Shown here piece after piece: positions 7,002 through 16,788 of a stretch of 64,000 bases of DNA. A program made the position numbers and the translations under genes. Every line of letters starts with the position of its first letter. The stretch's first letter is position 1. The notes beneath the pieces are model-generated. The model had not been told where the DNA came from, did not search any database, and saw only the letters and a list, made by a program, of their open reading frames with translations. This DNA comes from an uncultured virus (IMG/VR IMGVR_UViG_3300024265_000044) (lineage: Duplodnaviria; Heunggongvirae; Uroviricota; Caudoviricetes): IMG/VR virus record IMGVR_UViG_3300024265_000044; one strand, given 5' to 3'.

Positions 7002-8689
7002 TGGGAAAGAAGAGCAAACGGCGAAAGAAGAAAGCCGCCGCGCTCGAGGCGATGCCGGTCGGTCAGAGTGCGTTAGCAACGATCGACGCGACGCACCTAC
7101 CAACGGCGCCGGCGCCGTTTCGCAACGTTTGGCAGGACGGCGAAAAGTTCCCCGGTGGTTTTGGCAACACGCACCTTTTCGTTCCTGACTACTGGACGTT
7201 GCGCGCGCGCTCCGCGCAGCTCTTCGAAGAAAACCTTTACGCGCGCGGATTGATCCGCCGCCTTGTCATCAACGAGATCAACACCGGCCTCCATCTCGAA
7301 GCGATCCCCGAGGAGAAAGTTCTCGGCTTCGAGCTCGACGAGCTCGCCGATTGGACCGAGCTCACTGAGAGCCTCTTCGAGGTTTGGTCGGACATGCCTC
7401 GACTTTGCGACCACGTCGAGCGGCAAACGTTCGGAGAGCTACAAGCGGCGGCGAGGATGGAGGCGCTCGTCGCCGGTGACGTCCTCGTGATGATTCAACA
7501 GGATCAACGTACGCGCCTCCCGCGGATCCGCCTTGTCAACGGCGCCTTGGTTCGCAACCCGCTCATGGTTCAAGGTGGACGCCTTCGAAACGGTAACCGG
7601 GTCTTGCATGGCGTCGAGCTCGACAAGCAAGGCCGCCAGGTCGCCTATCACATCCAACAAGATGTTCACGCGCGCGGCGTCCTCAAGTTCGAGTCGAAAC
7701 GGGTCCCGGCATTCGGCGAGAAGAGTGGCCGGCGCCTGGCTTGGTTGGTCTATGGCACCGACAAGCGGCTCCACGATGTCAGGGGCAAGCCGATGCTCTC
7801 GCTTGTCCTGCAATCGCTCAAGGAGCTCGACCGGTACCGCGACGCGACGTTGCGCAAAGCTGTCCTAAATTCCTTCGTCGCGATGTTCATCAAAAAAGGG
7901 ACGGACAAGATGGGCACAAAGCCCATGTCCGGCAACGCAGTCCGTAAAGGTCACGAGCTCGTCAACGACTCACAAGGCACGGATCGAAGCTTCAACGTCG
8001 CCGAGTTCATGCCAGGGCTCATCCTCGACGAGCTCCAAACCGGCGAGGAGCCGGTTGGCTTTCGGGCGGATGGCACGGACGAAAAGTTTGGCGAATTCGA
8101 AGAGGCGATCGTCCAAACGCTGGCATGGGCGAACAACACGCCGCCCGAGATTTTGCGCCTCGCGTTCTCGAATAACTACAGCGCAAGCCAAGCGGCGATC
8201 AACGAATTCAAAATCTACTTGAACGCGATCCGCACCGAATTCGGATCGCAGTTTTGCAAACCCATCTATTTCGAGTGGCTCGTTTCCAGCGTCCTCAACG
8301 GAACGATCACCGCCGAGGGATTGCTCCAAGCGTTCCGCAACCCGCGCGAGTTTGCGCTCTTCGCGGCTTGGTGCCGATCGGATTGGTCGGGACACGTCAA
8401 GCCGGCCGTCGACTTGACGAAGCTCGCCAAGGGTTACGAGCTTTTGATCGCCATGGGACTCATCACGCGCGACCGCGCGGCGCGCGAGCTCACCGGGACG
8501 AAGTTCTCGCGCAACATTCGAAAGTTGAAACTCGAAAACGTAGAGGTCGCCGAAGCCAACGAGCCACTCGAGCCCGCACCGCCGGCTGCGCTTCCAGCGC
8601 CACCGCCGACCGACGACGGCGAGGGCGGTGAGGTCGACATCGACGAGGACGATCGACGCGAAGAGAAAGAAGAAAGGGAATCCGCCTGA
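7001..8689 (+). CDS. Portal protein, lambda family
   Basis: LRARSAQL, HGVELDKQGRQVAYHI, RGKPML and NYSASQAA motifs; position. Confidence 0.92.
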   Translation: MGKKSKRRKKKAAALEAMPVGQSALATIDATHLPTAPAPFRNVWQDGEKFPGGFGNTHLFVPDYWTLRARSAQLFEENLYARGLIRRLVINEINTGLHLEAIPEEKVLGFELDELADWTELTESLFEVWSDMPRLCDHVERQTFGELQAAARMEALVAGDVLVMIQQDQRTRLPRIRLVNGALVRNPLMVQGGRLRNGNRVLHGVELDKQGRQVAYHIQQDVHARGVLKFESKRVPAFGEKSGRRLAWLVYGTDKRLHDVRGKPMLSLVLQSLKELDRYRDATLRKAVLNSFVAMFIKKGTDKMGTKPMSGNAVRKGHELVNDSQGTDRSFNVAEFMPGLILDELQTGEEPVGFRADGTDEKFGEFEEAIVQTLAWANNTPPEILRLAFSNNYSASQAAINEFKIYLNAIRTEFGSQFCKPIYFEWLVSSVLNGTITAEGLLQAFRNPREFALFAAWCRSDWSGHVKPAVDLTKLAKGYELLIAMGLITRDRAARELTGTKFSRNIRKLKLENVEVAEANEPLEPAPPAALPAPPPTDDGEGGEVDIDEDDRREEKEERESA

Positions 8690-10056
8690 TGCCGATGTGG
8701 TTACTTGAGCAAGAAGTCGCTGAGCAGTTGCGCGCGCTCCGCGCCGCTGGGATCGATTGCAGTGAAGCGCAACGCGCAGACTTTGCGGAGCGTTGCGTGG
8801 CGGAGACCGCGCGCCACGGTGGCACGCCGCGCAACCTCAACGTCGCGGGTGACGTCGCTGAGATCACCGTTGAGGGGATCCTGACTGAGACGCCGGACTT
8901 TTTCGCCTGGCTTTTCGGCGGTGGAAACACGACCTACGCAAGCATCCGCCAAGCGGTCGCGCTCGCGGACGCGGATCCGGGTGTCAAAAAAGTCGTTTTC
9001 AAGATCAACAGTCCCGGAGGTGAGGTCAACGGATTGTTCGACACCCTCGGCGCGATCGAGGCCTCCAAGAAGCCGAGCTCGGTGACGGCCTCATTTGCAG
9101 CCTCGGCGGCCTATGCCATCGCAGCGACGGGCGGCAAGATCACGGCGACCAACGCGGCTGTCCAATTCGGGAGCATTGGCGTCGCGGTGAGTTTCTTCCA
9201 CATGGAGGAAGTCATCGACATCACGAGCACCGAGGCTCCTAACAAGCGACCAGATCCGAGCACACCCGAGGGCAAGGCGGTCATCATCGAACATCTCGAC
9301 GCGCTACATGCGATCTTCGCGGATGCCATCGCGCGCGGGCGAGGTACCACGGTCTCGAACGTCAACAAGACCTTCGGCCGTGGGGGTATCCTTCTGTCGG
9401 CCGAGGCTCGGCGTAGAGGCATGATCGACCGCGTCGCAAAGACGGGGATCGCCGCCGTCGTGGTGCCCCCACCCTCGAGCTCAGAGATCGACGAGGACAT
9501 GAGCGCGCGCGGCGGCCAACAGGCAAACGCGCACGCGACCCCCGAACCGGTCGCATCCGTTGGCGATGTCGTGGCGGTGTCCGTTCCTGATCTCGCACTC
9601 GTCACCGATCCACCAACCCCAACCGACGACGCTCCGGCCACCGGAGTCGCACCAACCGCAACCGCCGCAAGTGCGGCTCCAAACGAAAAGAGAAAACCCA
9701 TGAATCTAGAAGAGCTAAAAGCACAGCACCCGGAGCTCTGTGCCGTCATCCGCGAGGAAGCGGTTGCGACAGAGCGCGATCGGGTCGGCGCACATTTGAC
9801 GTGCGGCGAGGGTAGCGGCGACATGACCACCGCCATCGCGGCCATCAAGGACGGGTCAGAGATGACACAAACCTTGATGGCCAAATACTCGATGGCCGGT
9901 CGCAACCGCACCGACATCGAGACGCAGCAAACCGACAGCGCCGCGGCCGGCGAGGCCGTCGATGGCGCAGCAACCACAACGGGCGAAGGCCCGGACCTCG
10001 GCGACAACATCGTCGCGATCCTCGACGGCAAGAATGGAGTGAGCGCAAATGCCTGA
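8689..10056 (+). CDS. Capsid assembly protease (S49) fused to scaffold
   Basis: INSPGGEV, AASAAYAIA, GSIGV; low-complexity linker then scaffold domain. Confidence 0.9.
   Translation: MPMWLLEQEVAEQLRALRAAGIDCSEAQRADFAERCVAETARHGGTPRNLNVAGDVAEITVEGILTETPDFFAWLFGGGNTTYASIRQAVALADADPGVKKVVFKINSPGGEVNGLFDTLGAIEASKKPSSVTASFAASAAYAIAATGGKITATNAAVQFGSIGVAVSFFHMEEVIDITSTEAPNKRPDPSTPEGKAVIIEHLDALHAIFADAIARGRGTTVSNVNKTFGRGGILLSAEARRRGMIDRVAKTGIAAVVVPPPSSSEIDEDMSARGGQQANAHATPEPVASVGDVVAVSVPDLALVTDPPTPTDDAPATGVAPTATAASAAPNEKRKPMNLEELKAQHPELCAVIREEAVATERDRVGAHLTCGEGSGDMTTAIAAIKDGSEMTQTLMAKYSMAGRNRTDIETQQTDSAAAGEAVDGAATTTGEGPDLGDNIVAILDGKNGVSANA
9700..10056 (+). CDS. Nested in-frame scaffold protein (Nu3-like)
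   Basis: A-rich leader GAAAAGAGAAAACCC then ATG (MNLEELKAQHPEL) inside the protease gene. Confidence 0.6.
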   Translation: MNLEELKAQHPELCAVIREEAVATERDRVGAHLTCGEGSGDMTTAIAAIKDGSEMTQTLMAKYSMAGRNRTDIETQQTDSAAAGEAVDGAATTTGEGPDLGDNIVAILDGKNGVSANA

Positions 10057-10450
10057 TCCAGTCATCACCAACGTCGACACCGGAAGTGTCGAGCTCGAAG
10101 ATGGAAAGTTCGGTGACGAGCTTCTCACCTTCGGTGGCGCGGGCACTGTCGTTGCGGGGACAATCCTCGCGCGCGATAGCGTGAGCCTCAAATTGATCCC
10201 ATACGTCAAAGGTGGGGTCACCAACGAGGACGGCATCGCGAAGGCCGTTCTCACCTATGACGTCATCGCCGCGGGCGCTGGCGACGAAGCCATCCGCGCG
10301 CTCGTGCATGGCGTTGTCAACCGGGACCGCCTGATCATCGACGCCGATGGCGACGGCTCCAACATCGACGCCGTAGAGCTCGACGGGCTCCGCGACTTCA
10401 ACATCACAACGCAAGACGTTGAGCAACTCGCTCAGTTGGACAATCAGTAA
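10049..10450 (+). CDS. Head decoration protein (gpD-like)
   Basis: 133 aa between protease and capsid; VVAGTILAR...AKAVLTYD. Confidence 0.8.
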   Translation: MPDPVITNVDTGSVELEDGKFGDELLTFGGAGTVVAGTILARDSVSLKLIPYVKGGVTNEDGIAKAVLTYDVIAAGAGDEAIRALVHGVVNRDRLIIDADGDGSNIDAVELDGLRDFNITTQDVEQLAQLDNQ

Positions 10451-10481
10451 GCCAACCGGCTGAAGCGAAAGGAATCGAAAA

Positions 10482-11561
10482 ATGAGTGATGCATCAACCA
10501 TCCGAATGATCGAGCTCTACCTCGAAGAGGCAGAAGCGCCGATGTTCCTGAGCGGCTTTTTCCAGAGTCCGCCGCGCAACTTCCACAACACCGAGTTTGT
10601 GGAGATCGACATCGTTCGCGGTGACGAGGACGTCGCGATCGTGATTCAGGACATCTCCGCAGGAGCTCGACAGAACGAGTCCAATCTCTACACCAACAAG
10701 CGGTTCACGCCGCCGGTGTACGATGAGGAAGGCACGATCACCGCGTACAATCTCCTGAAGCGTGAAGCCGGCGCGAATCCTTTCGAGGATCCGAATTTCG
10801 GCGCGAACGCTTTCAGGGAATCGACGCGGATCTTCCGCAAGCTGGAACGCAAGATCCGGCGCGCGGTCGAACGTCAATCCTCGCAGGTGTTGCAAACGGG
10901 TCAACTTGATCTGCCCGACAAAAACGGTGTCACGCTTTACAGCTTGGATTTCAAGCCGAAGGCGAGCCACTTCCCGACGGTCACCAACGATTGGGGCGGC
11001 GGCTCCGAAACTCCGCTCGCGGACCTCGATGCCCTCGCGGTCATCATTCGACGCGACGGAAAAAAGACGCCGAACAAACTGATCTTTGGTCGCCTCGCGT
11101 TCGAGGACTTCATCTCCGACACCGAGGTGCAAGCGCGCCTCGACAATCGTCGCATGTTCGTCGCCGAGATTCGGCCGCAAGCGCGCGGTGAGGGCGCGAC
11201 CTTCCAAGGGTTCGTCTGGATCCAAAACTATCTCTTTGAGATGTGGACCTATGACGGCTTTTTCAAGGACCCGCAAACCGGTCTGGACACGCCATACGTC
11301 ACCGATGATCTCGTGATCATGATGTCGGAAGGCGGCCGGATGGATCTCACCTTCGGATCGATCCCGATGGTGGCTCAACCGGAGACGCGCGCGATGTCAT
11401 TCTTGCCACCGCGCATCTCGGACGGCGGCGTTGGGATCGACCTGACAACGAACGCGTGGATCACTCCCGACAATCGCCACCTCAAGGTGAGTGCCGGAAC
11501 GCGTCCGCTCACGATCCCGACGGCGATCGACACATACGGAACCCTCAACACCAGGGCATAA
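10482..11561 (+). CDS. Major capsid protein, lambda gpE family
   Basis: 359 aa; FLSGFF, VEIDIVRG, IRRAVERQSSQVLQTGQL, RPLTIP. Confidence 0.9.
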   Translation: MSDASTIRMIELYLEEAEAPMFLSGFFQSPPRNFHNTEFVEIDIVRGDEDVAIVIQDISAGARQNESNLYTNKRFTPPVYDEEGTITAYNLLKREAGANPFEDPNFGANAFRESTRIFRKLERKIRRAVERQSSQVLQTGQLDLPDKNGVTLYSLDFKPKASHFPTVTNDWGGGSETPLADLDALAVIIRRDGKKTPNKLIFGRLAFEDFISDTEVQARLDNRRMFVAEIRPQARGEGATFQGFVWIQNYLFEMWTYDGFFKDPQTGLDTPYVTDDLVIMMSEGGRMDLTFGSIPMVAQPETRAMSFLPPRISDGGVGIDLTTNAWITPDNRHLKVSAGTRPLTIPTAIDTYGTLNTRA

Positions 11562-11577
11562 GAAGGGAGAAAAAACA

Positions 11578-11922
11578 TTGGCTGAACCAACATCACCGAC
11601 GGTCGGAGCGTCGGCGGGTCCAGATCCGAAAGTTGCGGCGGAACAACGCAACCGACAGATCAAGGCCCGCAAGGAATCGGACGAAGCGCTTCGGAAAGAG
11701 GCCGCCCAAAAGAAGGGCATGCATCACCGGGTTGCCGAAGGCAAATCGTTGACGTGTGCGCGTGGCGTCCTCGGACCGGATGAACCCGTCACCGCGCGCG
11801 ACTTCTGCAAGCGCGCGGAGGACGTCGAACAAGGCAAGGAGCAACTCGCGAAAATGGTCGAGCTCGGCTACGTCACGGCACCTAAGAAGGCCGCGAAGAA
11901 AGTCGACGAGACCAAGAAGTGA
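11578..11922 (+). CDS. Hypothetical head-associated protein
   Basis: SD GGGAGA with TTG start; follows the capsid gene. Confidence 0.6.
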   Translation: MAEPTSPTVGASAGPDPKVAAEQRNRQIKARKESDEALRKEAAQKKGMHHRVAEGKSLTCARGVLGPDEPVTARDFCKRAEDVEQGKEQLAKMVELGYVTAPKKAAKKVDETKK

Positions 11923-12302
11923 ACCTGAGAGATCAGGCGGCGGCGGATTTCAAGACAATCGTCGAGGACTCCGCCGCCGGCTTCGGCCGGTCGATCGAGC
12001 TCACGTCCCCGGAGGGTCAAGTGCGGACCTTTGTCGGTTTGACGAATGACGTGAGCGAGCAGATCGATCCCGAGACCGGCCAAGCGGTGAGCGGTCGGAT
12101 CGCGTCCGTCGTGTTGAACATGGACACCGTCATCGCCGCCGGCATGGACCTGCCGATCGGGATCCCCGATGCCAAGCGCAAGCCATGGGTTGTGAAGCAC
12201 ACCGACACCGACAACGTCGAGCACTTTTACAAGGTGAGCGACACGCGGCCCGATCGGGACTTCGGCGGCACGGTTCTGATCCTTGAGCACTACGTTCCAT
12301 AA
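11919..12302 (+). CDS. Head-tail connector / head closure protein
   Basis: Position; IDPETGQAVSGRIASV beta-rich sequence. Confidence 0.65.
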   Translation: MNLRDQAAADFKTIVEDSAAGFGRSIELTSPEGQVRTFVGLTNDVSEQIDPETGQAVSGRIASVVLNMDTVIAAGMDLPIGIPDAKRKPWVVKHTDTDNVEHFYKVSDTRPDRDFGGTVLILEHYVP

Positions 12303-12844
12303 TGCATTCCACTCGGAAAGCTGCACTGGCATCCGGAGCGACACGGTATTTCACTGGCAAGGAATGCAAGAACGGGCACCGTAGCGAAAGATTCGCGACG
12401 AGCGGTGGTTGCGTCACATGCCAGTCGCTTCGCTCGGATCCAGTAAAACATCTCGTCTATAGCAGACGATGGAAATCCAGAAACGCAGCTCGTTGTGCGA
12501 CTGTGTCCAAAGCTTGGATAGCGCAGAACATAGAGAAGCGACGCCGACACATCCGCGAGGGAAGGCGACGTTGGGCCAGGGATCCCGCCAACAAAGCGAA
12601 GGTTAACCTGTGGGCTGCGAACCGAAGAGCGGCAAAGCTGAAACGCACGCCATCTTGGGTGGACAAGAAAGCCATCGCGGCAATTTATGAGAGCTGTCCA
12701 GACGGCTTCCACGTCGATCACATCGTTCCGCTGCAAGGGCAAACCGTGTCCGGTTTGCATGTGCCTTGGAATCTTCAGGTAATTCCGGCACGCGAAAACC
12801 TACGGAAGAGCGCAACATGGCCACAGCAAGAATCGTTGAGCTGA
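12302..12844 (+). CDS. Free-standing HNH endonuclease
   Basis: YFTGKECKNGH N-terminus; HVDHIVPLQG...GLHVPWNLQVIPARENLRK. Confidence 0.9.
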   Translation: MHSTRKAALASGATRYFTGKECKNGHRSERFATSGGCVTCQSLRSDPVKHLVYSRRWKSRNAARCATVSKAWIAQNIEKRRRHIREGRRRWARDPANKAKVNLWAANRRAAKLKRTPSWVDKKAIAAIYESCPDGFHVDHIVPLQGQTVSGLHVPWNLQVIPARENLRKSATWPQQESLS

Positions 12845-13515
12845 TCGATAAAGATGACACGTTCGAGCTCGTCCGCGACGAGCTCGCGGCCATCCTCGTT
12901 GTCGAAAGCGCGAATCAAGAGGCATTGGCCTCGGCGGCGGACAAGGATCCACGCCTTTGGAAGCTCGACGTTTTCTCAGAGACCACCAACCCTTGGCAAG
13001 CGTTCATCGATGCGCCTCAGAGCCAAAAGGACGTCACGCCGATCATCAACATTTGGTACGACGCGTGGAACACCGACCGCGGGCGGAGCAACAACGTCAA
13101 GCGACAACAAGGGCCGGCGATCTTCAACATCGATTGTTACGGCTACGGAGTGAGCTCCGCGGATGAAACGAGCGCGGGCCATGTCCTCGGCGATGCGAAG
13201 GGCGCGAAGGAAGCGCAACGCGCGTTGAAGCTCGTCCGGAATATTCTCATGCATGGCGCGTACACCTATCTTGGCTTTCAAGGTCAAGACCTCGTCGCCG
13301 GTCGCGAGGTGAGCGCCATCAACACTTTCCAACCAAACATCGAAGGCCGCGAGATCGAGAAGGTTCACGGCGTGCGGCTCGCGCTGTCCGTTTCAATCAA
13401 CGAACTATCACCCCAAGTTGTGCCAACCACATTGGATCTCATCTCGATCCTCGTGAAGCGCCAAAGCGACGGCAAGGTCATCCTCGAGGCCGACTTTGCA
13501 GCCACCCCCCCCTAA
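12817..13515 (+). CDS. Tail completion/terminator-like protein
   Basis: Directly before the sheath; starts MATARIVELIDK. Confidence 0.6.
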   Translation: MATARIVELIDKDDTFELVRDELAAILVVESANQEALASAADKDPRLWKLDVFSETTNPWQAFIDAPQSQKDVTPIINIWYDAWNTDRGRSNNVKRQQGPAIFNIDCYGYGVSSADETSAGHVLGDAKGAKEAQRALKLVRNILMHGAYTYLGFQGQDLVAGREVSAINTFQPNIEGREIEKVHGVRLALSVSINELSPQVVPTTLDLISILVKRQSDGKVILEADFAATPP

Positions 13516-13530
13516 TGGAGAAATCAGATC

Positions 13531-15015
13531 ATGGGTATTGATTCATCAGCAATCGCCAGAGTCGTCGGTGTCACGACCGAATTCGAGGACCTCCGCGACG
13601 CCTCGGTTTTGTTTCTCCCACAACGGATCGCGGTGTTCGCGCAAGGCGCGACCGCGGTGACATTCGCGACAACCAAGAAACAGGTGACGAGCGCCAAACA
13701 AGTTGGCGACACCTATGGTTACGGCTCGCCGGCGCACCTCATCGCGCGCGAGCTGTTTCCGGTCAACGGCGACGGCGTCGGGACGATCCCGGTGACGATC
13801 TATCCGCTCGAGGATGATGGCGGTGGAGCCGCGTCGGCCGGTGACATCACGCCATCGGGTGCCGCGACATCGGCCGAAGAGTATCGGGTGCGCGTGAACG
13901 GGATCCTTTCGAGTGGCTTTACCATCCCGGTCGGCGCGGTCGTCGTTGCCACGGTCGTCGCGCAAATCGTCGCCGCGGTCAACGCGGTCCTCGAGATGCC
14001 GACGATCGCGACCGATGGCGCGACGGTCGCAAACTTCGTATCGAAGTGGTTCGGCGCGACGGCCAACGATATCTTCATGGAGATCATCGGGCCGAGTGCC
14101 GGCGTGACCTTCGCGATCACCCAACACGTCGGCGGCACCGTCAACCCGTCACTCACCGCGGCGCTCGCTCAGGTCGGCAACATTTGGGAGACCATCGGGA
14201 TCAACCAAATGGAGTTTGACGACGCCGTCACGCTCGACGAGCTCTCAGCGTTCGGTGAGGGTCGATGGGGCGCGATCGTCCGCAAGCCGATGGTGTTCTG
14301 TTACGGCAACACCGAGATCGACCAGCCGACCGCGGTGAGCGTAACCTCGACGCGCGGCACCGACCGGACCAACGTCCAACTCGTTGCACCCGGGTCGGTC
14401 AACCTGGAATTCGTGGTTGCGGCGCGCGAGGTTGCTCGGGTCGCTCGGGTCGCGAACAGCAACCCGCCGACTGACTACGGGAGCCAACGCGCGACCGGTC
14501 TCATCCCCGGCCTCGACGGCGACCAGTGGGACTACCCGACGCGCGACGCGGCGGTGAAGGGCGGGAGCTCGACGGTCGAGGTTGTCGATAGCGTCGTCAA
14601 CATGGCCGACACGATCACCATGTATGCGCCGGTCGGCGAGACACCTCCCGCCTATCGCTACGTTGTCGACATCGTCAAGCTCCAACAAATCCACTTCAAC
14701 GTGGCGCTCATCTTTGCGACGCCGGAGTGGGATGGAGCTCCACTCATCCCCGACGATCAACCGACGGTGAACCCGAACGCCAAGACGCCGAAGCAAGCCA
14801 AGGCGGAAATCGCCGGCCTCATCGACGCGCTAGCGTTGCAGGCGATCATCAGTGACCCCGCGAAAGCCAAGAAGTCGATCACCGCGGTCATCAACTCGCA
14901 GAATCCGAAACGGCTCGACATCGTGTTCACGGTGCAGCTCTCGGGCAACTCGAACATCATCGACGTCACCCTCAAGTTTGGCTTCTTCTTCGGAGCCCAA
15001 GCCGCCGCGGCGTGA
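13531..15015 (+). CDS. Contractile tail sheath protein (Mu-like)
   Basis: 494 aa; YGYGSPAHL and INSQNPKRLD motifs. Confidence 0.9.
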   Translation: MGIDSSAIARVVGVTTEFEDLRDASVLFLPQRIAVFAQGATAVTFATTKKQVTSAKQVGDTYGYGSPAHLIARELFPVNGDGVGTIPVTIYPLEDDGGGAASAGDITPSGAATSAEEYRVRVNGILSSGFTIPVGAVVVATVVAQIVAAVNAVLEMPTIATDGATVANFVSKWFGATANDIFMEIIGPSAGVTFAITQHVGGTVNPSLTAALAQVGNIWETIGINQMEFDDAVTLDELSAFGEGRWGAIVRKPMVFCYGNTEIDQPTAVSVTSTRGTDRTNVQLVAPGSVNLEFVVAAREVARVARVANSNPPTDYGSQRATGLIPGLDGDQWDYPTRDAAVKGGSSTVEVVDSVVNMADTITMYAPVGETPPAYRYVVDIVKLQQIHFNVALIFATPEWDGAPLIPDDQPTVNPNAKTPKQAKAEIAGLIDALALQAIISDPAKAKKSITAVINSQNPKRLDIVFTVQLSGNSNIIDVTLKFGFFFGAQAAAA

Positions 15016-15047
15016 GTGCGGCCGCCTAACAGAAAAGGAAAAAGCAC

Positions 15048-15431
15048 ATGACAGCAATCGGCGGCTCCATCGAGAGCGTTTCAATTCGCGGGCGACTGTT
15101 TCCCGTAGCGGCCGACGCCGACTCGGGTCGGCAGATCGGCGGCTTTACCAACGAGGTGCAGCCGAACGGCAACGGGACGGCGCGACTGATCAAGACGCGC
15201 GTCCCTTGGCAGCTCGACGGCCTAGCGGTCGAGATCGACGAGTCGCGCGGCGACAGCGACTTTTTGCAAGAGGTCGCGGATCAACTCGACTTCGTCACGA
15301 TCGCGGTGACGTACGCGTCGCGCGTCACCTACCAGGGCAAAGGCACCATCACCGGCGAATTCCCGACAGGATCGCAGAACACGACGTCGGATGTGACCCT
15401 CATGGGTCCGCAGAAACTCACGCAACAGTGA
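15048..15431 (+). CDS. Tail tube protein
   Basis: 127 aa beta-rich protein right after the sheath. Confidence 0.8.
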   Translation: MTAIGGSIESVSIRGRLFPVAADADSGRQIGGFTNEVQPNGNGTARLIKTRVPWQLDGLAVEIDESRGDSDFLQEVADQLDFVTIAVTYASRVTYQGKGTITGEFPTGSQNTTSDVTLMGPQKLTQQ

Positions 15432-15451
15432 CAACATAAGGAGCAACTCAA

Positions 15452-15925
15452 ATGCAAAATACGGGCATCGACTCGGGCGAGGGAGACGCGCAGTCGAAGG
15501 AAGCCGCCAAGGCGGTAGAAAAAGAAAAGGTCGCGCGCGACGCCGCGCAAGCCGACTTCGATCGGTTCATCGAAAAAATGGATCTCGACGTCGAGCCGGA
15601 AGGCATGGACGACGAGGACCTCCAAGCGTTCAAATCGGCCGAGCGCGTAATGAGTCGCGCAATCCGCAAGGGCCGCCTCGTTGTCAACGCGGAAGGCGAG
15701 CCGATCTATACGCCGGTGATGGGAGCTAGCAAGGATCCGATCATCTTTCACGAGCCGAAGGGCTCGACCTACTCGGCCATGGACCAGAAAAAGAAAGGAC
15801 ACGACATTTCGAAGATGTTCGCCTCGATGGCCGAGATGACTCAGACCAGCGCGGTGACGTTCGAAAACATGCACGGCCGCGATCTGAAAGTCTGCCAAGC
15901 GATCGTGACGCTTTTTTTGGCCTAG
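15452..15925 (+). CDS. Tail assembly chaperone (short form)
   Basis: Between tube and tape measure; ends at a slippery T7G. Confidence 0.8.
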   Translation: MQNTGIDSGEGDAQSKEAAKAVEKEKVARDAAQADFDRFIEKMDLDVEPEGMDDEDLQAFKSAERVMSRAIRKGRLVVNAEGEPIYTPVMGASKDPIIFHEPKGSTYSAMDQKKKGHDISKMFASMAEMTQTSAVTFENMHGRDLKVCQAIVTLFLA

Positions 15926-16167
15926 AGGTAGCCACGTACCTCGTACGCGTCGGGAGCGACGAGCGGCTACCAAGGGACAGAGAAAGCGGAAGCCCGCGCC
16001 ATACTATCGAAAGCGTTTACGGTGAGATGTTCCTACAAATCTGTTTGGAATATACGTCGCTCCCTTCACCGTTCGATTTGAAGAACCATCAGATCAAGTT
16101 CTTTTACGACGCGATCCGCAAATCACTCCACAAGCACACCAAGCCAAGACCGAGGCCGAGGAAGTAA
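15913..16167 (+). CDS. Tail assembly chaperone -1 frameshift extension
   Basis: T TTT TTG at 15913-15919; -1 frame open as FFGLEVATYLVRVG...EMFLQICLEYTSLP...IKFFYDAIRKSL to TAA 16165-16167. Confidence 0.8.
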   Translation, partial: FFGLEVATYLVRVGSDERLPRDRESGSPRHTIESVYGEMFLQICLEYTSLPSPFDLKNHQIKFFYDAIRKSLHKHTKPRPRPRK

Positions 16168-16788
16168 ATGCCACGCCGCAAAGTCAGCAGCATTGAGCCG
16201 TGCAGATTCGGACACGTTGCAGAACGCAGCGCGCGCGACAACAGGTGTTTAGCTTGTAGGCGAATTGCAAATCGCGAGCGGCGCGCGTCGGTCGTCGTCA
16301 AAGAAGAGGATCGCCGTTACACTGCTGAGAGGCGGATTCGTTGCCGAGAACAAGTACTCGCAGAACAGCGCGGTTCGCAAAACCGTAGGTATGCCAACGA
16401 CGCAGCGTTCCGAGAACGCGCGAAAAGACGCTCTCGGGAAGCCAAGAGAGAAAAGCGGCTAGATGGGAGCTACTTAGCGAGCGAACAAGAGTACCGAGCA
16501 GAATGGCGCAAGCGGAATCGCGCAAGATGCACAGCGGATTACAAGATGTATCAGGCTCGGAAGATCCGACAGTCTCCGCAGTGGTTGAGCGACAAACTCA
16601 AGCGCGAGATTTTGGCCCTGTATGAGTTGGCATACCGTCTCTCCAATGAGACGGGCGTGCCGCATCATGTTGATCACATCGTGCCGTTACGCGGCAGCAC
16701 GGCATGGGGGCTTCACGTTCCCTGGAATCTGCAAGTCATCACCGCACAAGAGAATTTGAGAAAGGGATCGATCATTGCCCAAGGGTAG
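16168..16788 (+). CDS. Free-standing HNH endonuclease
   Basis: HHVDHIVPLRG...GLHVPWNLQVITAQENLRK; same subfamily as 12302. Confidence 0.9.
   Translation: MPRRKVSSIEPCRFGHVAERSARDNRCLACRRIANRERRASVVVKEEDRRYTAERRIRCREQVLAEQRGSQNRRYANDAAFRERAKRRSREAKREKRLDGSYLASEQEYRAEWRKRNRARCTADYKMYQARKIRQSPQWLSDKLKREILALYELAYRLSNETGVPHHVDHIVPLRGSTAWGLHVPWNLQVITAQENLRKGSIIAQG

Noticed and set aside
10494..11378. Long antisense ORFs (also 9111-10031, 16687-17649, 37999-39078, 45598-46686)
   Set aside because: Mirror frames of well-supported genes, expected from codon bias; no coupling or motifs
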